Assembly (NCBI GenBank): GCA_032128875.1
Contig: JAVLKG010000001.1
Span: 921,453 to 985,452 of the forward strand
DNA length: 64,000 bases
Direction: 5' to 3'
DNA from: Candidatus Melainabacteria bacterium 17Bon1m
GTDB taxonomy: Bacteria; Cyanobacteriota; Vampirovibrionia; Obscuribacterales; Obscuribacteraceae
Positions 60,646-64,000 of this stretch are shown one piece after another. The number at the start of each line of letters is the position of its first letter. Within the stretch, counting starts at the first letter, position 1. A model generated the notes under the pieces. That model made no database searches, had not been told where the DNA came from, and saw only the letters and a program-made list of their open reading frames with translations. The position numbers and the translations under genes were made by a program.

Positions 60646-60729
60646 CGTGGTGGCGCATTGCATGCGCCAGTTTTTGTAGAGGGGCGGCATACATGCCGCC
60701 CGCGGGCGATGCATGGCGTCGCCCCTACG
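60646..60729. repeat. REP-like cluster
   Basis: GGCGCATTGCATGCGCC and GTAG..GGGCGGCATACATGCCGCCCGCGGGCGATGCATGGCGTCGCCCCTAC. Confidence 0.88.
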
Positions 60730-60764
60730 CGTCTTTCAAAAGAGTGGACGACCTCGCCCGAAAC

Positions 60765-63700
60765 TCAACTCGACCAGCTTTTTAGTTTCTTCGCTGTGAT
60801 GCCTGCCTTCTTCATCGCGTCGGCAATCTCTGGAGCTTCTTTGTTTTCGAGCATCCATTTGGCGATTTTGTAGCGCTGCCATCCGTCACGCTCCTCTGCG
60901 AGTTTTAGCAATTCGCCAGCAAACATCATCGGCATATCGTCAAAGTCGTTGAGCAGACCGCCACCAATGTCTTGGTTCGGATGTGAGAAGCACTTCGATA
61001 TCAATGGAATGCATTCGGCTACTGATGCGTGTTTTGCTAGAGCGCGCATGAGCCATAAAAACTCGGATGGAAGATATTCTCCGCCCTCTATGGCGGGAAG
61101 ATCTTTCAACTTTTTCTCAACGACTTGCGCTAGGACAGCAGCAACATTTTTCGTGCGGTGTTGCCACAGCCATGCTGATGGTGGTCCAAAGTTGATGGCG
61201 TTATCGGCTAGCATGAGACGAGCAATTTTGAGTGAAACATCTTCCAGCTCTTCGTTTTTTGAATTGGACTCGATGGTTTCGAACTGTATGTCCAAACCTT
61301 CCTCAGCCAACGTTTTCCAAATGATTGGCCATTCGATAGGCATCTGTTGTTCAAACGCCACTCCACGTTTTTCAAATGCTGCCTCGGCTGCTTCCCGAAC
61401 GTCAATGTTCGACGATTTCAAATAATGCTTTATTGAGTTGATGTCCAGTTGCGGAAACTTACCGACTGTTTCGCAATCGATGATACGGAACTGATTCCAC
61501 AAGTCACCTCCGTATGTATAAAGCTGTCGAGCTTCTGCAAGTGCCCTTTCGATTGGTTCGGGTTTGACCAGCTTCGGATCCGCAGCGTAAAGAGCATGAG
61601 CTGCTCGGTAATACATTAGCGTGACAGAATTATTGTCGTCAGCTGGGTTTCGGAATGTGTTGGTGACAAACGATTTTCTGTCTGCGGGTTTTAGTTTTGG
61701 TGCTAACGCTTCAATTGCGTAAAGTGCTGCAATCTGGCTGGGCGTGTCATTGCCGAGCATCGAAGAAATCTGCGGAAGAAGGTTTGTTTCGCCCCAAGCC
61801 ACAAGCGCATTTAAAGAAGCAACTGCTACTTTCTCTTCGTAATTTTTGAGCGAATGAACCAAGAGCTTTTGCAATGTCTTGCGAACAGTTTCTTCGTGTT
61901 CGCTTCTTTTCTGGTCTGCCTCCGCGAGCTTCCCTATCGCTTCTGCCGCAGTCGTAAGGCATTCGATCCAAGGAATGGTAGCGAGCCTCGCATCAAAGTC
62001 TTGTTTGTCTTTGAGTTCCTCGAAATACTCATCGATTACCTTGCAAATCGGAATTACTGCACTTTGCGATTTTAATTGCTCTAACAATTTGATTGATAGA
62101 GCTTGCTTGAAGTGATATTCCTCATGAGTTTTCAGTTGTTTCAAGCAGCACTCTTCAAGCCGTTTGTCTAAAGCTCCTGGGGTACGTCCGATTGCTATGA
62201 GGAGATTTGCTGTTCTCAGATATGTCTCAGAATGAACGGCACCCCAAATGAACGGTTGCAAAACTTCACTGCCATTCTGCCCTAACCAAATACCAACGCC
62301 GAACGCTTCTTCCTCCGCGTCTACTTCGTCGCGGCGAAACTCGTAGTTGCGCACGAAGTCTAAACATCGCCACTGAAGTTCATTGCCAGGCAATGTGCGC
62401 GCTGCTGCTTCATACTTTTCCATGGCACCACTATCAGTGACATTTTTCCACGCGTTGTCGATAAGAACGTCGAGACCTTGTTTTGCAAGAGACCCTGCTT
62501 CTTCAGAAAGAGCTTCTAAGCGTTCTGTCTCTGCTGCTGTGGTTTCTTCCTCTTCTTGCTCGCGTTCTTCTGCGCGTTCGGGGATGAGGTCGAGTTTTAA
62601 AAACTCTTCGCGCACTGCATGAATGTCTTTTATTGCGTTGCCAATTTCTTTGCGCCCGCCCTCTAACTCTTCGAGAAACTCTACTAGGTCGCGAACGATG
62701 CGCGCCTTGTGGTTGCGAAATAGGTCACAGCACTCCTTGAGTTTGTCAATTTGCTTAAACCAGAAAAGTCTCCAAAGTAAATAGAGAGCGGTCGACGTGA
62801 TCCTCGTGTTGCCTGATTCTTTGAGTGAATTGTAAGTTTCTTCGGTTAACGGTTTATTCCAGCCGGCACGAAAAGTTTCTCTGATGTCATTCCAATTGCG
62901 GCGGCTGTCTTCATTCAACAATTCTACAATCCACTGCGCGCGCCAGAATGGACCTGTTATTGCATACTTCGGATCGAGCTCGCATTCGAAATCGCTCCTC
63001 ACCATTTCTACGGAGTCTTCAGAATCATCATCATCACCATCATCGGCGAGGGTAGCATCAGTTTGCTCGTGTACTGCATCACCTTCATAGTTGATAGCAT
63101 CTTCCAATCCGTCGCTTGCGCACCAGCCGACGTAGCACTTTCCAGCGAGTTTTCTCCAGGACTTCTTCGCTGTCTTGACTGAAATCCGCTCCTGCTCATA
63201 CGCTGCTGCCAGCGCGACGCGATATGCGAATTCGCTGATTGAGAGGGACAAAACCTCGTCAACATAATGCGTGTCGTGGCTCCAAAGAAAGATTCCGTTA
63301 GGTTTTGGTTCTTCCTTTTGATGCTGAAAAAGCGTTGCATAGACGTGGTCGCTGTCGCCGAAGTAGCCTATCTTCACCGCGCCCATGAAAGCTACGCCGA
63401 TTTCCTCTGAGCAGTTGTCCCAAGGATGGGCGATCAGTTTGTGCCACATGTTCTTTTCGAACATTCGGCTGCTTGTGCATGGTTTAAATCCGCTGCCGCC
63501 TTCAACTGCGCGGTTAACGAAGTCGTCTATTTCTCGGTTTTGAACACCCCAGAGTTCTCTCAGTGCGAGCGGGTCTTCCTCTGTTGAAATATCTTCTTGA
63601 TCGTTTAACCGTAAGCGAATTTCCGCAGCGTGTGTTTCGATGAAAGTTGATGGATCTGCTTGCTCGAAAAATTCATCAAGATCATAGGCACCTTCAAGTG

Positions 63701-64000
63701 GTCTGCCGTCTGATGTGCACTCTGTCCCGTCTTTGAGAAACCAGTGTCTGTTTTCTTCAGACCAATTTGCAGTGCTGTCGAATTCGTAACGCCAAACCGG
63801 ATGCGATGCCGGAAAATTCTCTTCAGTCTCATTGTCGCTATTGAAATATACGAAATGACCATGGCGACTGCCGTGCTTCCATTCGCCGCGCGAGGCAAGT
63901 GTCCCATCGTTGTGGTAACGCTCGAGAGTGCCATGCTGGCGCCCTTCAGAATCAAAGCTTGCAATACACACGAGAGTACCGTCTTCGCGCCAGTATCGCC
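60765..64000 (-). CDS. Large protein with MORN-variant (YwqK-like) N-terminus, possible SMI1/KNR4-like segment and helical repeats; 5' end outside the window
   Basis: Frame open to the window edge (RYWREDGTL...); RYHNDGTLASRGEWKHGSRHG. Confidence 0.7.
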   Translation of the reverse strand, partial: RYWREDGTLVCIASFDSEGRQHGTLERYHNDGTLASRGEWKHGSRHGHFVYFNSDNETEENFPASHPVWRYEFDSTANWSEENRHWFLKDGTECTSDGRPLEGAYDLDEFFEQADPSTFIETHAAEIRLRLNDQEDISTEEDPLALRELWGVQNREIDDFVNRAVEGGSGFKPCTSSRMFEKNMWHKLIAHPWDNCSEEIGVAFMGAVKIGYFGDSDHVYATLFQHQKEEPKPNGIFLWSHDTHYVDEVLSLSISEFAYRVALAAAYEQERISVKTAKKSWRKLAGKCYVGWCASDGLEDAINYEGDAVHEQTDATLADDGDDDDSEDSVEMVRSDFECELDPKYAITGPFWRAQWIVELLNEDSRRNWNDIRETFRAGWNKPLTEETYNSLKESGNTRITSTALYLLWRLFWFKQIDKLKECCDLFRNHKARIVRDLVEFLEELEGGRKEIGNAIKDIHAVREEFLKLDLIPERAEEREQEEEETTAAETERLEALSEEAGSLAKQGLDVLIDNAWKNVTDSGAMEKYEAAARTLPGNELQWRCLDFVRNYEFRRDEVDAEEEAFGVGIWLGQNGSEVLQPFIWGAVHSETYLRTANLLIAIGRTPGALDKRLEECCLKQLKTHEEYHFKQALSIKLLEQLKSQSAVIPICKVIDEYFEELKDKQDFDARLATIPWIECLTTAAEAIGKLAEADQKRSEHEETVRKTLQKLLVHSLKNYEEKVAVASLNALVAWGETNLLPQISSMLGNDTPSQIAALYAIEALAPKLKPADRKSFVTNTFRNPADDNNSVTLMYYRAAHALYAADPKLVKPEPIERALAEARQLYTYGGDLWNQFRIIDCETVGKFPQLDINSIKHYLKSSNIDVREAAEAAFEKRGVAFEQQMPIEWPIIWKTLAEEGLDIQFETIESNSKNEELEDVSLKIARLMLADNAINFGPPSAWLWQHRTKNVAAVLAQVVEKKLKDLPAIEGGEYLPSEFLWLMRALAKHASVAECIPLISKCFSHPNQDIGGGLLNDFDDMPMMFAGELLKLAEERDGWQRYKIAKWMLENKEAPEIADAMKKAGITAKKLKSWSS

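Overview
Bacterial chromosome segment of roughly 50% GC. The gene style and the cyanobacteria-like tmRNA tag suggest a non-photosynthetic cyanobacterial relative (Vampirovibrionia/Obscuribacterales-like); this is inference only. The left half (1-32 kb) holds a tandem pair of VirB6/TrbL-like membrane proteins, a large lipoprotein, a Tad-pilin-like gene, a class D beta-lactamase-like gene, a hybrid kinase/response regulator pair, a protein made of four MshEN-like modules, TPR proteins, msrA, gnd, a tal-pgi fusion, a Spy/CpxP-like gene, an esterase and prmA. A tmRNA gene (32407-32805, tag ANVISVDFSAKRALRAA) is the insertion site of a ~5.1 kb island bounded by a 57/58-bp direct repeat. The island has arm-type repeats at both ends, a probable tyrosine-integrase stub fused to an IS110 stub, immunity-like genes, and an AbiE/MenAT-like toxin-antitoxin pair with palindromic operators. 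The right half mixes accessory and housekeeping genes (speB, GH63, hybrid kinase, Tat-signal deaminase, ruvX/yqgF, nitronate monooxygenase, rlpA, duplicated small genes). A REP-like palindrome family is scattered throughout. A candidate structured ncRNA (~20336-20500, minus strand), an unannotated 50-aa membrane protein and a candidate ECF-sigma promoter motif were also seen. All family assignments come from motif recognition by eye, not from database searches.
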